Positions 28,635 through 37,105 of a DNA stretch of 62,695 nt are shown here, piece by piece. Under the pieces are notes generated by a model. The model worked only from the letters and a program-made list of their open reading frames with translations, was not told where the DNA came from and did no database searches. The stretch is taken from IMG/VR virus record IMGVR_UViG_3300020598_000002, positions 1 to 62,695 of that record. One strand, given 5' to 3'. The translations under genes were made by a program, and so were the position numbers. The number at the start of each line of letters is the position of its first letter. The first letter of the stretch is position 1. This stretch comes from a virus. Lineage: Duplodnaviria > Caudoviricetes.

Positions 28635-28897
28635 TGGCCTCCGTGCGGACTCTCAGCATTCGTTTCGAGGCGGACTTAATCTCAGATGCCGCTCGCGACA
28701 TGGAGATGATCTGGCGTGCTCTGCCAAAGTGTCACGGCGAGAAGTATCGGGATTTCGAGCGCCGGTTCGAGGAATCGTGCCGGATCGCGTCCTTCGATCC
28801 GGGCATAGAGCGCCTTGACGATGCGTGGTTCATCGTGACCCCGCCGGCCGCTTTTCAGTCGATGATCGCGGAAGCGCGGGCGCTTGGGATCATCTGA
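28631..28897 (+). CDS. Hypothetical protein
   Basis: Coupled 88-aa ORF. Confidence 0.55.
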   Translation: MMASVRTLSIRFEADLISDAARDMEMIWRALPKCHGEKYRDFERRFEESCRIASFDPGIERLDDAWFIVTPPAAFQSMIAEARALGII

Positions 28898-29437
28898 ATG
28901 AAACTCCTGCAGCGCGAGGAAGAGTTCGCCTGGTTCGTCGCGCTGTTGCAGCGCGAGGGCGTGCGCTCCTATCTCGAAATCGGGTCGAAGTTCGGCGCGT
29001 CGCTGGACCGCATCGCGCGGTCAATGCCGAAGGGGTCGAAGGTTGTTTCGGTTGACCTGCCCGGGGAAGCCGACTCCAAAACCTCGCTGGTCAACGTCGT
29101 GACGAACCTGTCCCGTGACGGCTACGACGTCCACATGGTCTGGGGCGACAGCACCTCGGAACGCACCGTCGCCATGGTGAAGCAACACGGGCCGTTCGAT
29201 GCCGTGTTCATCGATGCGAACCACACGCTGCCCTACGTCACCAAGGACTGGGAGAATTACGGCCCGATGGGGCGCATCGTGGCGTTCCACGACATCGCCT
29301 ACCGGCCGAAGCCGAACAAGCCTCCGAAGCCGATCGAAGTCGACAAGCTCTGGAACGTGATCAAGGGCGGATATCGGCACGAGGAATGCTGCCTCGACGG
29401 GCCGTTCAACGGGATCGGTGTGCTGTGGCGCGAATAA
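28898..29437 (+). CDS. Methyltransf_24-like (sugar O-methyltransferase-type) enzyme
   Basis: YLEIGSKFGAS, GDS, FDAVFIDANH, AFHD. Confidence 0.85.
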   Translation: MKLLQREEEFAWFVALLQREGVRSYLEIGSKFGASLDRIARSMPKGSKVVSVDLPGEADSKTSLVNVVTNLSRDGYDVHMVWGDSTSERTVAMVKQHGPFDAVFIDANHTLPYVTKDWENYGPMGRIVAFHDIAYRPKPNKPPKPIEVDKLWNVIKGGYRHEECCLDGPFNGIGVLWRE

Positions 29438-29615
29438 GCGAGGGTTTCTACTGGGTTCGTGACCGCCGGTCTGGCGAGCTCACGGTCGCCGAGATTGAAC
29501 TGGGGCGCGAAACTCCCGCCGGGAACGTCATGCGGATCATCGGTGATGAACGATGGTTCTATGAAGATCGCCGATTATGTCCGTTCGACGTGATTTCGAA
29601 GATCGAAAAGCCCCG

Positions 29616-30278
29616 ATGCTGACCGTCCTGACGTGGTGGTGGGGCCAGAAATACGGCCCCGAATACGTCTACCGGCTCAAGGCGGGGCTGGAACGCCACC
29701 TGAAACAGCCGCATCGTTTCCTCTGCGTCACGGATCGCGAACTCGAAGGCGTTGAGACGACCCCGATCAAAGACCCCGGCCTGACCAAGCATCCGGGCTG
29801 CATCGTCCGCCTTCGCATCTTCGATGAGGTCTGGCAGCGCGACATCGGCGCCACCGACCGCATCGTCTGCATGGATCTGGACTCAATCGTCACCGGGCCG
29901 CTCGATCCGCTATTCGACCGCGAGGAGCCTTTCATCATCCTGCAGGGCGTCAATTCACCGACGCACCCGTGTCCGTACAACGGATCGATATTCATGCTGA
30001 GGGCCGGCTACCGGCCGGACGTGTGGGACGATTTCACGCTCGAAAAGCTGGACCGGATTCCCCGGCTCGAGTTTCCAGATGACCAAGGCTGGATGCACGC
30101 CATGATCCCGGATGCGGCGGCGTATCGCTCCGCCGATGGCGTCTATGCGTTTCAGAAGCTGGGATGGCCGGGCGGCGATGTTCCGCCGCTTGATGCGCGC
30201 CTCGTGGCGTTTCCGGGACGGCGCGATCCGGCGCAGTTCACGCATCTGAAGTGGGTGCGTGAGCACTGGCGGGAATAA
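29616..30278 (+). CDS. GT-A glycosyltransferase-like protein
   Basis: KYGPEYVYRL, HRFLCVTD, MDLD (DxD), YNGSIF, DDQGW. Confidence 0.75.
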   Translation: MLTVLTWWWGQKYGPEYVYRLKAGLERHLKQPHRFLCVTDRELEGVETTPIKDPGLTKHPGCIVRLRIFDEVWQRDIGATDRIVCMDLDSIVTGPLDPLFDREEPFIILQGVNSPTHPCPYNGSIFMLRAGYRPDVWDDFTLEKLDRIPRLEFPDDQGWMHAMIPDAAAYRSADGVYAFQKLGWPGGDVPPLDARLVAFPGRRDPAQFTHLKWVREHWRE

Positions 30279-30307
30279 TTTCAGGAATTTTTTGCGCAGG
30301 TTTTGTC

Positions 30308-31105
30308 GTGATCGACCCCGGCCAAGTCTGCCTGTTCATCCCGGCTGGATTGCGCGCCTTCAAGCTCGACCTGTTCAACCGGATCGGAACGCATATCAAG
30401 GCCGCCGGCGGCGGTGTGATCGAGCACGATGCGCAGGCGCTGGATCGGCTCCCGCGCGACGTGATCCCGATAGTCGGTTGCCAGCCGGAATCGACCGCGC
30501 TGATCGCGAAATGGCGGAGCGAAGGCCGCCCGTGGATTTATTGGGATCGCGGCTATGCCCGGCGCGTCTTTGCAACCTGGCTGCCGCGCGGACAGGACGG
30601 CGGCTATTACCGATGGCATGTCGGCAGTTTCCAAGCTCAATCGATCCGGCCCGTGCCGAATGATCGATGGAAGGCTCTGAACGTCCCGGTCGAAAAGTGG
30701 AAGGTGGGCGGTCGGCACATCGTCATCGCGGCGCCGACCCGGACCTATGCTCGCTTCCACTGCTGCGAAAGCTGGATTGCTGACACGATAGACGCGCTGG
30801 CGCGGGTGACGGATCGGCAATTGGTTATCCGCGACAAGGAGTCGAAACGGTCGCTGCAATCCGACCTGCACGGCGCGCACGCGCTCGTAACGCACGGCAG
30901 CATCGCCGCGGTCGAGGCCGTGATCCTCGGCTATCCGGTGTTCGTTCACCCCGATAGTGCGGCGTCTCTGGTCGGCCGGACGGACCTGAAGAAAATCGAG
31001 AGCCCGGTCTATCCCGATCGGCAACCCTGGCTGAACGCGCTGGCCTATTCGCAGTTCAACGAGACGGAATTGATCGACGGCACGCTATGGCGCTTGCTCA
31101 ACTAG
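30308..31105 (+). CDS. GT-B-like protein (capsule biosynthesis KpsC/KpsS-like C-terminus)
   Basis: YWDRGY, LVIRDK, ALVTHGSIAAVEAVILGYPV. Confidence 0.65.
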   Translation: MIDPGQVCLFIPAGLRAFKLDLFNRIGTHIKAAGGGVIEHDAQALDRLPRDVIPIVGCQPESTALIAKWRSEGRPWIYWDRGYARRVFATWLPRGQDGGYYRWHVGSFQAQSIRPVPNDRWKALNVPVEKWKVGGRHIVIAAPTRTYARFHCCESWIADTIDALARVTDRQLVIRDKESKRSLQSDLHGAHALVTHGSIAAVEAVILGYPVFVHPDSAASLVGRTDLKKIESPVYPDRQPWLNALAYSQFNETELIDGTLWRLLN

Positions 31106-31692
31106 GACTCGTCATCGGCTGCGCAGAGGGCAATTTCGACGAGGCCCGCGCCGCGATCGCGCTGCAGAAACCGGACCTGATCTATTGCGTGAAGCTGGCC
31201 GGGGTGCATTGGCCTGAGCCTTTCGACTGGTGGGTCGGCCTGCATCCCGAATGGATGACAGGGTACATGCAGCAGCGCGCCGCGCTGGGCCATCCCCGAG
31301 GGTTCCGCACCGCGACGTGCCTTGAGAAAGAACTGGACCCGAGAAAGAAGGACGACACGTTCGAGCCCGACCGGCGCGTCTCGTATCGCTGGCCTGGCAT
31401 GAACTCCTCGGCTTCGTCAGGGATCTTCGCCGCAAAGGTCGCGCTCGAGGATTGCGAGCGGGTCATCCTCGCCGGCGTCCCGATGACGAAGAGCAAGCAT
31501 TTCACGCGCGGCCGGGAATGGTCGCTACTGGACTCGTTTCTCGTGGGGTTGAAGGAATCGATCCCGCACATGACAGGCCGTGTCCGTTCCATGAGCGGCC
31601 GCACGGCAGAGCTTCTGGGTCGTCCTGACCCGAAATGGCTGAGCGAGGTCCGCAATGTCGGTGACATGGGACGAGTCCAAACACCCGCGTGA
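31087..31692 (+). CDS. Putative glycosyltransferase-like protein (Maf/DUF115-like Rossmann fold)
   Basis: LVIGCA, SSGIFAAKVAL...RVILAGVPM pattern. Confidence 0.5.
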   Translation: MALAQLGLVIGCAEGNFDEARAAIALQKPDLIYCVKLAGVHWPEPFDWWVGLHPEWMTGYMQQRAALGHPRGFRTATCLEKELDPRKKDDTFEPDRRVSYRWPGMNSSASSGIFAAKVALEDCERVILAGVPMTKSKHFTRGREWSLLDSFLVGLKESIPHMTGRVRSMSGRTAELLGRPDPKWLSEVRNVGDMGRVQTPA

Positions 31693-32077
31693 CAAGATTG
31701 GCCGCTGGACCGCGGCCGGTGGCGAGGCGTCAGGCGATCAGGCTCAGAGCCCGGACGAATACAGCGACGAGGATCAGGCCAAGCACCGCGCCGCGATGTC
31801 AAAGATCGCTGCGGCGCGCGACACGATCAACGACGCCGCCGAACAGATCAAGGCGAAGATGGCCGAACTGGCCCAGCTTCAGAAGACCCTCGAAAAGCAA
31901 GTCGCGGCGATCGAAGCGGCGCATGAGAAGGTTGCCGAAATCGCGGACGAATACGGGCTCGACTACGAGACGGCGGACGATGACTTCAACTCCGCCGCGT
32001 CGGACCTCGCGTCCGAAATCGAAAACACGCTCGATTCCCTCAAGGAATCGCACAAGCAATTGAAGAAACACGCATAG
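31655..32077 (+). CDS. Acidic coiled-coil protein with N-terminal WDESKHPRDxxGRW motif; candidate internal head protein
   Basis: Motif as seen in MuF-associated phage head proteins. Confidence 0.6.
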   Translation: MSVTWDESKHPRDKIGRWTAAGGEASGDQAQSPDEYSDEDQAKHRAAMSKIAAARDTINDAAEQIKAKMAELAQLQKTLEKQVAAIEAAHEKVAEIADEYGLDYETADDDFNSAASDLASEIENTLDSLKESHKQLKKHA

Positions 32078-32146
32078 CCATGCCCGTCTTCAAGGCGCGG
32101 GCCAGGCTGTCGCGAAAGCCGCGGCATGAGCCGGGGCCGTCATTGA

Positions 32147-32243
32147 CCGGCAGGACGCCGGCCGAACCTCGGGCGGGGACCGCCCATCATCAAACGTCGA
32201 ATTCTGGCGAGACGCCAGGGACGCCACAACAGCGAGAGGCTGT
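32147..32243 (+). promoter_or_regulatory. Four RRGAS-loop hairpins in the scaffold gene leader
   Basis: CCGGC-AGGAC-GCCGG, GGGCG-GGGAC-CGCCC, CTGGC-GAGAC-GCCAG, ACAGC-GAGAG-GCTGT; the last covers the RBS. Confidence 0.65.
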
Positions 32244-32244
32244 A

Positions 32245-33006
32245 ATGCTGCTCAAACTGAAAATCGATGCGCTCGAATCCGTGGATGAAGCGTTCCGCCC
32301 GCTCTACGAAAAGGATGGCGACGCCTTCAAGCTCAAGGTCGAAGGCGTCGAGGATACGTCCGCTCTGAAGGGCGCCCTCGACAAGGAGCGCAAGGCCCGC
32401 GCCGACCTCGAAAAGAAGGTCAAGCGGTGGGAATCGCTCGGCAAGTCCGACGAAGAAATTGCCGAATTGCTCAAGGCGACCGAGGAGGCCGAGCGCAAGA
32501 AGGCCGAAGCCGACGGCGACCACCAGAAAATCCTGAAGCAGCTCCAGGACAAGTGGGCCAAGGAAAAGGCGGACCTGGAGGCCGAACTGACCGCCGCCCG
32601 TTCTTCGGAGCGCGGCGCGATCATCGGAACCAGCGTCATGTCGGCGCTGACGAAGGCGGGCGCGACCGAAGAGGGCATCGACCTTCTCCCGGATCGTCTC
32701 GCCGGGCGCATCAAGTACGAAACCGAGGACGGCAAGCGCGTCCTCAAGATCATGCAGGCCGATGGCGAGACGCCGATGGCCGGCAGCGGGAAAGACGGCA
32801 CCGCAACCTTTGACGATCTGGTCAAGGAAGCCGTCGCGAAATGGCCCTCGCTGTTCAAGGGGGCAAACCAATCGGGCGGCGGGAAGCAGCCTGACAACGC
32901 CGGGGGAGCCGGCGCGAAGAAGAAGTCCGATTTCAAATCCGAGAAGGACCGTGCGGCGTGGGTCGAGAAAAACGGCTTCGACGCATACAAGGCCCTGCCG
33001 GACTGA
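32245..33006 (+). CDS. Capsid scaffolding protein
   Basis: LYEKDGDAFKLKVEG, LKGALDKER coiled coil, SGGG tail, ends YKALPD; directly before the capsid gene. Confidence 0.85.
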   Translation: MLLKLKIDALESVDEAFRPLYEKDGDAFKLKVEGVEDTSALKGALDKERKARADLEKKVKRWESLGKSDEEIAELLKATEEAERKKAEADGDHQKILKQLQDKWAKEKADLEAELTAARSSERGAIIGTSVMSALTKAGATEEGIDLLPDRLAGRIKYETEDGKRVLKIMQADGETPMAGSGKDGTATFDDLVKEAVAKWPSLFKGANQSGGGKQPDNAGGAGAKKKSDFKSEKDRAAWVEKNGFDAYKALPD

Positions 33007-33044
33007 GATCGGGATCATCAACCCGGCTCACATAGGAGATTCCC

Positions 33045-34034
33045 GTGGCCGATTATCTCGCATCAAACTTCAAGGTCTATCAGGAGTACCTGAAGACCCG
33101 CGCCGCGGAGACGCTGCAGCAGAACGCGGACGTGTTCAACGCTGCCGTCAACAACGGCATCATCCTTCGCACGGTCGAAAAGCCGGGCGACTACGAATAC
33201 GAGTCCTTCTTCAAGGACATCGCGAACCTGATCTCGCGGCGTGACAATACGTCCACCGCCTCGGCGGCGAAGCTGTCGATGGCGCAGGAAGAGTTCGTCC
33301 GCGTCAAGCTGAACCGCAAGATCGGTCCCGTGGACCAGTCGCGCGACTCGTTCCGCAAGGTGTTTGCCCGGTATTCGGAGATGGAGTTCTCCGGCATTCT
33401 GGGCGGGCAGATCGCGGTTGCGCAGCAGCTCGACATGCTCAACTCGGTCCTGCTCGCGGCCGGCGCGGCGCTTGCCAACGTCTCCGGCGGGGCGCTCAAG
33501 CACACCGTCGCGTCTGGCGGCACCATCACCACGCCGTCCCTCGTGGACGGCCTGTCCAAGATGGGCGACCGTTCCGACCGCGTGGTGTGCTGGGTCATGC
33601 ACTCCAAGGTCTACTTCGACCTTGTGAAGGAGCAGATCGCGGCGAATATCGACGGCTTGTCGGTGTTCAACGTGCGCACCGGCACTCCCGTCACGCTCAA
33701 CCGCCCGGTGATCGTCACCGACTCCCCCAGCCTCGTGAAGAAAATCGTCTCGCCGGACGTGAACGACTACTACACGCTTGGCCTGGTGTCGGGCGGTGCG
33801 CTGGCCGAGGTGACGGAAACCTCGGACATCGTGATCGATGACGTCACCGGCCTCGAAGTGCTGATGACCCGCCTGCAGGGCGAGTTCGCGTACAACATCG
33901 GCCTGAAGGGCTTCAAGTACGCGACCGGCAACGGCATCAACCCGAACGACACGGTGATCGGAACCGGCGCGACCTGGGACAAGGCGGCGACTGACGACAA
34001 GTCGCTCGCTGGCGTGGTGATCCAGAGCCGCTAA
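33045..34034 (+). CDS. Major capsid protein
   Basis: 329 aa; FNAAVNNGIIL, KMGDRSDRVVCWVMHSKVYFDL, RPVIVTDSPSL, LKGFKY. Confidence 0.9.
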   Translation: MADYLASNFKVYQEYLKTRAAETLQQNADVFNAAVNNGIILRTVEKPGDYEYESFFKDIANLISRRDNTSTASAAKLSMAQEEFVRVKLNRKIGPVDQSRDSFRKVFARYSEMEFSGILGGQIAVAQQLDMLNSVLLAAGAALANVSGGALKHTVASGGTITTPSLVDGLSKMGDRSDRVVCWVMHSKVYFDLVKEQIAANIDGLSVFNVRTGTPVTLNRPVIVTDSPSLVKKIVSPDVNDYYTLGLVSGGALAEVTETSDIVIDDVTGLEVLMTRLQGEFAYNIGLKGFKYATGNGINPNDTVIGTGATWDKAATDDKSLAGVVIQSR

Positions 34035-34041
34035 CGAAAAC

Positions 34042-34080
34042 GGCGCGGCGGGGCCATCCTCGCCGCGCCTTCGCATTTTC
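34042..34080 (+). terminator. Possible terminator after the capsid gene
   Basis: GGCGCGGCGGGG/CCTCGCCGCGCC stem then TTCGCATTTT. Confidence 0.45.
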
Positions 34081-34091
34081 GCGGAGGCATC

Positions 34092-34343
34092 GTGTCCGAG
34101 ACAATCATTTACGAGCCGCATCCGGTTTCGCCTGAGAGGGTGGAGGAATTGCGCGCGCAAGGCTTCACCATCATCGACGCGATCTACGATCCGAACCGAT
34201 GGGCGAAGAATCCCGCGCCAGCCGCCGACGAATACCGGCAGATCGCGGCCAGCCTTTCGCCCGAACCGTTTGCGCGGGAGCCCGCGCCGATCAAGCGCGC
34301 CCCCGGCCGCCCCCGCAAGGAGCCAGTGACCGATGGCGCTTGA
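34092..34343 (+). CDS. Small head-associated hypothetical protein
   Basis: IIYEPHPVSPERVEELRAQGFTIIDA; GGAGG RBS. Confidence 0.7.
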   Translation: MSETIIYEPHPVSPERVEELRAQGFTIIDAIYDPNRWAKNPAPAADEYRQIAASLSPEPFAREPAPIKRAPGRPRKEPVTDGA

Positions 34344-34854
34344 GGTTGAGGACGGCACCGGGAAATCCGGCGCGGAAAGCTATGTCAGTGTTGCGGATGC
34401 CGCGTCGTATTGCGACGCGCGCGGCCTGATGTTCTCGACCGGCGAGACTGTGGCCAAGGAAGCCGCGTTGCGTCGGGCCACGACGGCCATTGACGCGCTC
34501 TACGGCTCCCGCTTCCCGGGCGCGCGGCTGAACGGTAGGGCTCAGGCCCTGCAATGGCCCCGCACCGATGCTTATGATGCCGATGGCGAGGAAATCGCAT
34601 CGAGCGAAATCCCCGACGAGGTGATCAAGGCGACCTGTGAATTCGCCGTGCGTGAATTGGCCGAGCCGGGATCGACCATGCCGGACCTTGAACGGGGCGG
34701 GGCGATCCGCGCGCTTCGGGCCGGTTCGGTCTCGATCGAATACGCCGGCAACGCCACGGCGCGCACCGTCTATTCCATCGTGGATGGGATTCTCGCCACG
34801 CTGCTCAAGGCGCGTGACATGGCATCGTTCCAGGCTGAGGCGTCGCGCGGGTAA
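34333..34854 (+). CDS. Head-tail adaptor (DnaT-like annotated family)
   Basis: MALEVEDGTG..AESYVSVADA, QALQWPR, IPDEVIKATCE, GSVSIEY. Confidence 0.85.
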   Translation: MALEVEDGTGKSGAESYVSVADAASYCDARGLMFSTGETVAKEAALRRATTAIDALYGSRFPGARLNGRAQALQWPRTDAYDADGEEIASSEIPDEVIKATCEFAVRELAEPGSTMPDLERGGAIRALRAGSVSIEYAGNATARTVYSIVDGILATLLKARDMASFQAEASRG

Positions 34855-34889
34855 AAGCAAAACCCCTCCGGGGTTAGCCGGAGGGGTTT
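34855..34889 (-). terminator. Intrinsic terminator of the repeat RNA
   Basis: 12-bp perfect stem AAACCCCTCCGG/CCGGAGGGGTTT (34860-34889), 6-nt loop, TTTTGCTTTT tail on the minus strand. Confidence 0.85.
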
Positions 34890-34953
34890 CATAGCCGGGC
34901 CACGCCGCGCCGCGCCGGATCGGGTCTCACCAAACCGGGGCTCGCCAAGAGCC
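34855..34953 (-). ncRNA. GGY-NN pentamer-repeat small RNA (candidate gapped-code guide RNA)
   Basis: 11 in-phase pentamers at 34894-34948 between a minus-strand promoter and a terminator; NN series matches codon positions 1-2 at 35109-35126. Confidence 0.75.
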
Positions 34954-34958
34954 AAAGA

Positions 34959-34986
34959 AGAATACGGCAACGCGGTTGCATTTCAA
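34959..34986 (-). promoter_or_regulatory. Sigma70-like promoter of the repeat RNA
   Basis: Minus strand TTGAAA (34986-34981), 16 nt, TATTCT (34964-34959). Confidence 0.65.
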
Positions 34987-34997
34987 AGGGATTTTGG

Positions 34998-35360
34998 ATG
35001 GCTTCGCCCCTCGAAGGATCGCTTGCGAGGCAAGTCGGGTCCGCGTTCCAATCGCTGTTTATGGCGGCGACGTTGACCCGGGACGTTATCCCGGATTCGC
35101 CAAGCTACGATCCTTTCGACCCGCCAAGCCCAATCCCTGTCGAATACCCGTGCAGGGCCATCGTGGAAGCCTACGCGGACAAATTCCGGCTCGAGGGGCT
35201 GGTCGCGGCCAACGAGCGCAAGGTGCTGATCCTCGCCACGAGCCTTTCGGTTCGGCCGCAGCCGCAGGACAGGGTGACGATCCGCGGCATCACGTTCACG
35301 ATCAATGATGTGAAGACGGACCCGGCCGAAGCGGTCTTCGAGTGTAAGGGGGCCATGTGA
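34998..35360 (+). CDS. Head-closure/neck protein
   Basis: 120 aa after the adaptor; YDPFDP...YPCRAIV, ERKVLILA, PQPQDRV, DPAEAV. Confidence 0.75.
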   Translation: MASPLEGSLARQVGSAFQSLFMAATLTRDVIPDSPSYDPFDPPSPIPVEYPCRAIVEAYADKFRLEGLVAANERKVLILATSLSVRPQPQDRVTIRGITFTINDVKTDPAEAVFECKGAM

Positions 35361-35581
35361 GCGCCGAGATCGTCAAATTCGAGCCGGTCGAAATTGGTGA
35401 GGCATATCGGTTTGAGCCAGACACCATTCTCGACGAAGCGAAAGGGAAGCCCTTCGCCAAGATGGCGGTGATCGGTCAACTCGAAGACGGTACGCTCTGG
35501 GTCACCGGAAACGCCAATGCGGGCGAGACGATGATCCTGATGGAGCGGATCAAACATAGCTTGATATTCCCGGACGACTGA
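35357..35581 (+). CDS. Hypothetical protein
   Basis: Coupled 74-aa ORF. Confidence 0.6.
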   Translation: MSAEIVKFEPVEIGEAYRFEPDTILDEAKGKPFAKMAVIGQLEDGTLWVTGNANAGETMILMERIKHSLIFPDD

Positions 35582-36591
35582 TGGCAGCCAACCGTTGGGA
35601 CCAACTGATCGACCAATGGGACGCCACGCTCCGCAAGGCGTTTCTGGACTCGGTCTACCGGCTCCGGGATCAGGCGCAGCTCGATGCCATCTCGCGCGCG
35701 CTGGAGCGAGGGGACGTAAACGGCGCGCTCCGGGCCGTGGGGCTTGACCCGGCATCGTTCCGGGCATGGGACAAGACATTTGAGGCGGCGTTCGAGGCTG
35801 GAGGAACGGCGACGGTTTCTGCGCTCCCGGTGCTTCGCGACGCCGCAGGGTATCGGCTCGTGGTGCAATTCAACATCCGCAACCCACAGGCCGAGGCATG
35901 GCTGCGCAATCACTCCTCAACACTGGTCCGGGAAATTCTGGACGATCAGCGGGACATGATCCGAACTCATCTCGCGAACGGGATGGCCCGCGGCGTCAAC
36001 CCGCGCACCTCCGCGCTGGATCTTGTGGGCCGGATTGGCGCAACAGGCCGGCGTGAGGGCGGAGTGATCGGGCTGACATCATCGCAGGCCGAATGGGTGC
36101 GCCGCTACGAGGCAGAACTGGCCAGTGATGCGCCTGGCGCGGCTCTGGCAAGGGAATTGAGGGACAGGCGGTTTGACGCCGCTGTGCGCCGCGCTGCGGA
36201 CGCTGGCGAGCCAGTTCCGGCCTCTATCCGGGCCAAGATGGTGACGGCCTATAGGAACCGGGCCCTGCGCTTCCGTGCCGAGGCGCTGGCTCGAACCGAA
36301 GCGATGGCCGCGCTTCACACCGCACAAGACGAAGCGATCAATCAGGCCGTGTCGGCCGGCGCGATCGATCAGACCGCAGTCACGTTCGCGTGGCGCACCG
36401 CGCGCGACAAGCGGGTCAGGGACTCGCACAAGGCGATGGAAGGCCAGACCAGACCGATGGGCGTGCCGTTCCGGTCAGGCTCGGGGGCGATGCTGCGCTA
36501 TCCGGGCGATCCATCCGCTCCGGCGTCCGAGCGGATCAACTGCCGCTGCTGGCGCGAGCCGGTCGTGGATTTCTTGGCGAACGTGGCGTGA
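35581..36591 (+). CDS. MuF-like minor head protein
   Basis: RAEALARTEA, WRTARDKRVRDSH, LRYPGDP, ERINCRC. Confidence 0.9.
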   Translation: MAANRWDQLIDQWDATLRKAFLDSVYRLRDQAQLDAISRALERGDVNGALRAVGLDPASFRAWDKTFEAAFEAGGTATVSALPVLRDAAGYRLVVQFNIRNPQAEAWLRNHSSTLVREILDDQRDMIRTHLANGMARGVNPRTSALDLVGRIGATGRREGGVIGLTSSQAEWVRRYEAELASDAPGAALARELRDRRFDAAVRRAADAGEPVPASIRAKMVTAYRNRALRFRAEALARTEAMAALHTAQDEAINQAVSAGAIDQTAVTFAWRTARDKRVRDSHKAMEGQTRPMGVPFRSGSGAMLRYPGDPSAPASERINCRCWREPVVDFLANVA

Positions 36592-36592
36592 C

Positions 36593-37105
36593 ATGGCGAA
36601 CCTTTCATTCGGCGCGCAAGTCGATGCGTGGGTGAAGGAAACCGAACAGCGCATCACGGCGGTTTTCCGTGAAAGTTCGCGTCGCACCGTGTCTATCGCG
36701 CAGGGGTATTTGACCCCACACGTCGACACTGGATTTCTCCGGGCCTCTGTCCGCGCCTCGAATAGCTCGATGCCGCAGATCCAGAAGGAAGGCGACGCGA
36801 TGCCGGCGGTCGGAGGCGACGTCACGATGGTGATCTCCGGTTCGGAGATCGGCCAAACCATCTATGTCGGTTATACGGCCTATTACGCCCCGTTCCTGGA
36901 ATATGGGACCGCGCCGCACATCATCGAACCGAAGGAAAAGGCCGCGCTTCACTTCGATTGGAAAGGCGAGGGCGTATTTTTCACCCGCGTGAAGCACCCC
37001 GGCACCCGGCCCGTGGCCTTCGTCGGCCGTGCCGCGGCTCAATGGAACGTCACGGTCAATCAGGTTGTTCAGGAGTTGCGGAATCGCGCTGGCGTTCGCG
37101 CTTGA
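36593..37105 (+). CDS. HK97 gp10-like tail completion protein
   Basis: PHVDTGFLRAS, YAPFLEYGT, VKHPGT. Confidence 0.85.
   Translation: MANLSFGAQVDAWVKETEQRITAVFRESSRRTVSIAQGYLTPHVDTGFLRASVRASNSSMPQIQKEGDAMPAVGGDVTMVISGSEIGQTIYVGYTAYYAPFLEYGTAPHIIEPKEKAALHFDWKGEGVFFTRVKHPGTRPVAFVGRAAAQWNVTVNQVVQELRNRAGVRA

Noticed and set aside
34860-34889. Reading the hairpin as a plus-strand terminator of the late operon
   Set aside because: The U-tract is much better on the minus strand and pairs with a minus-strand promoter; weak bidirectional activity is not excluded
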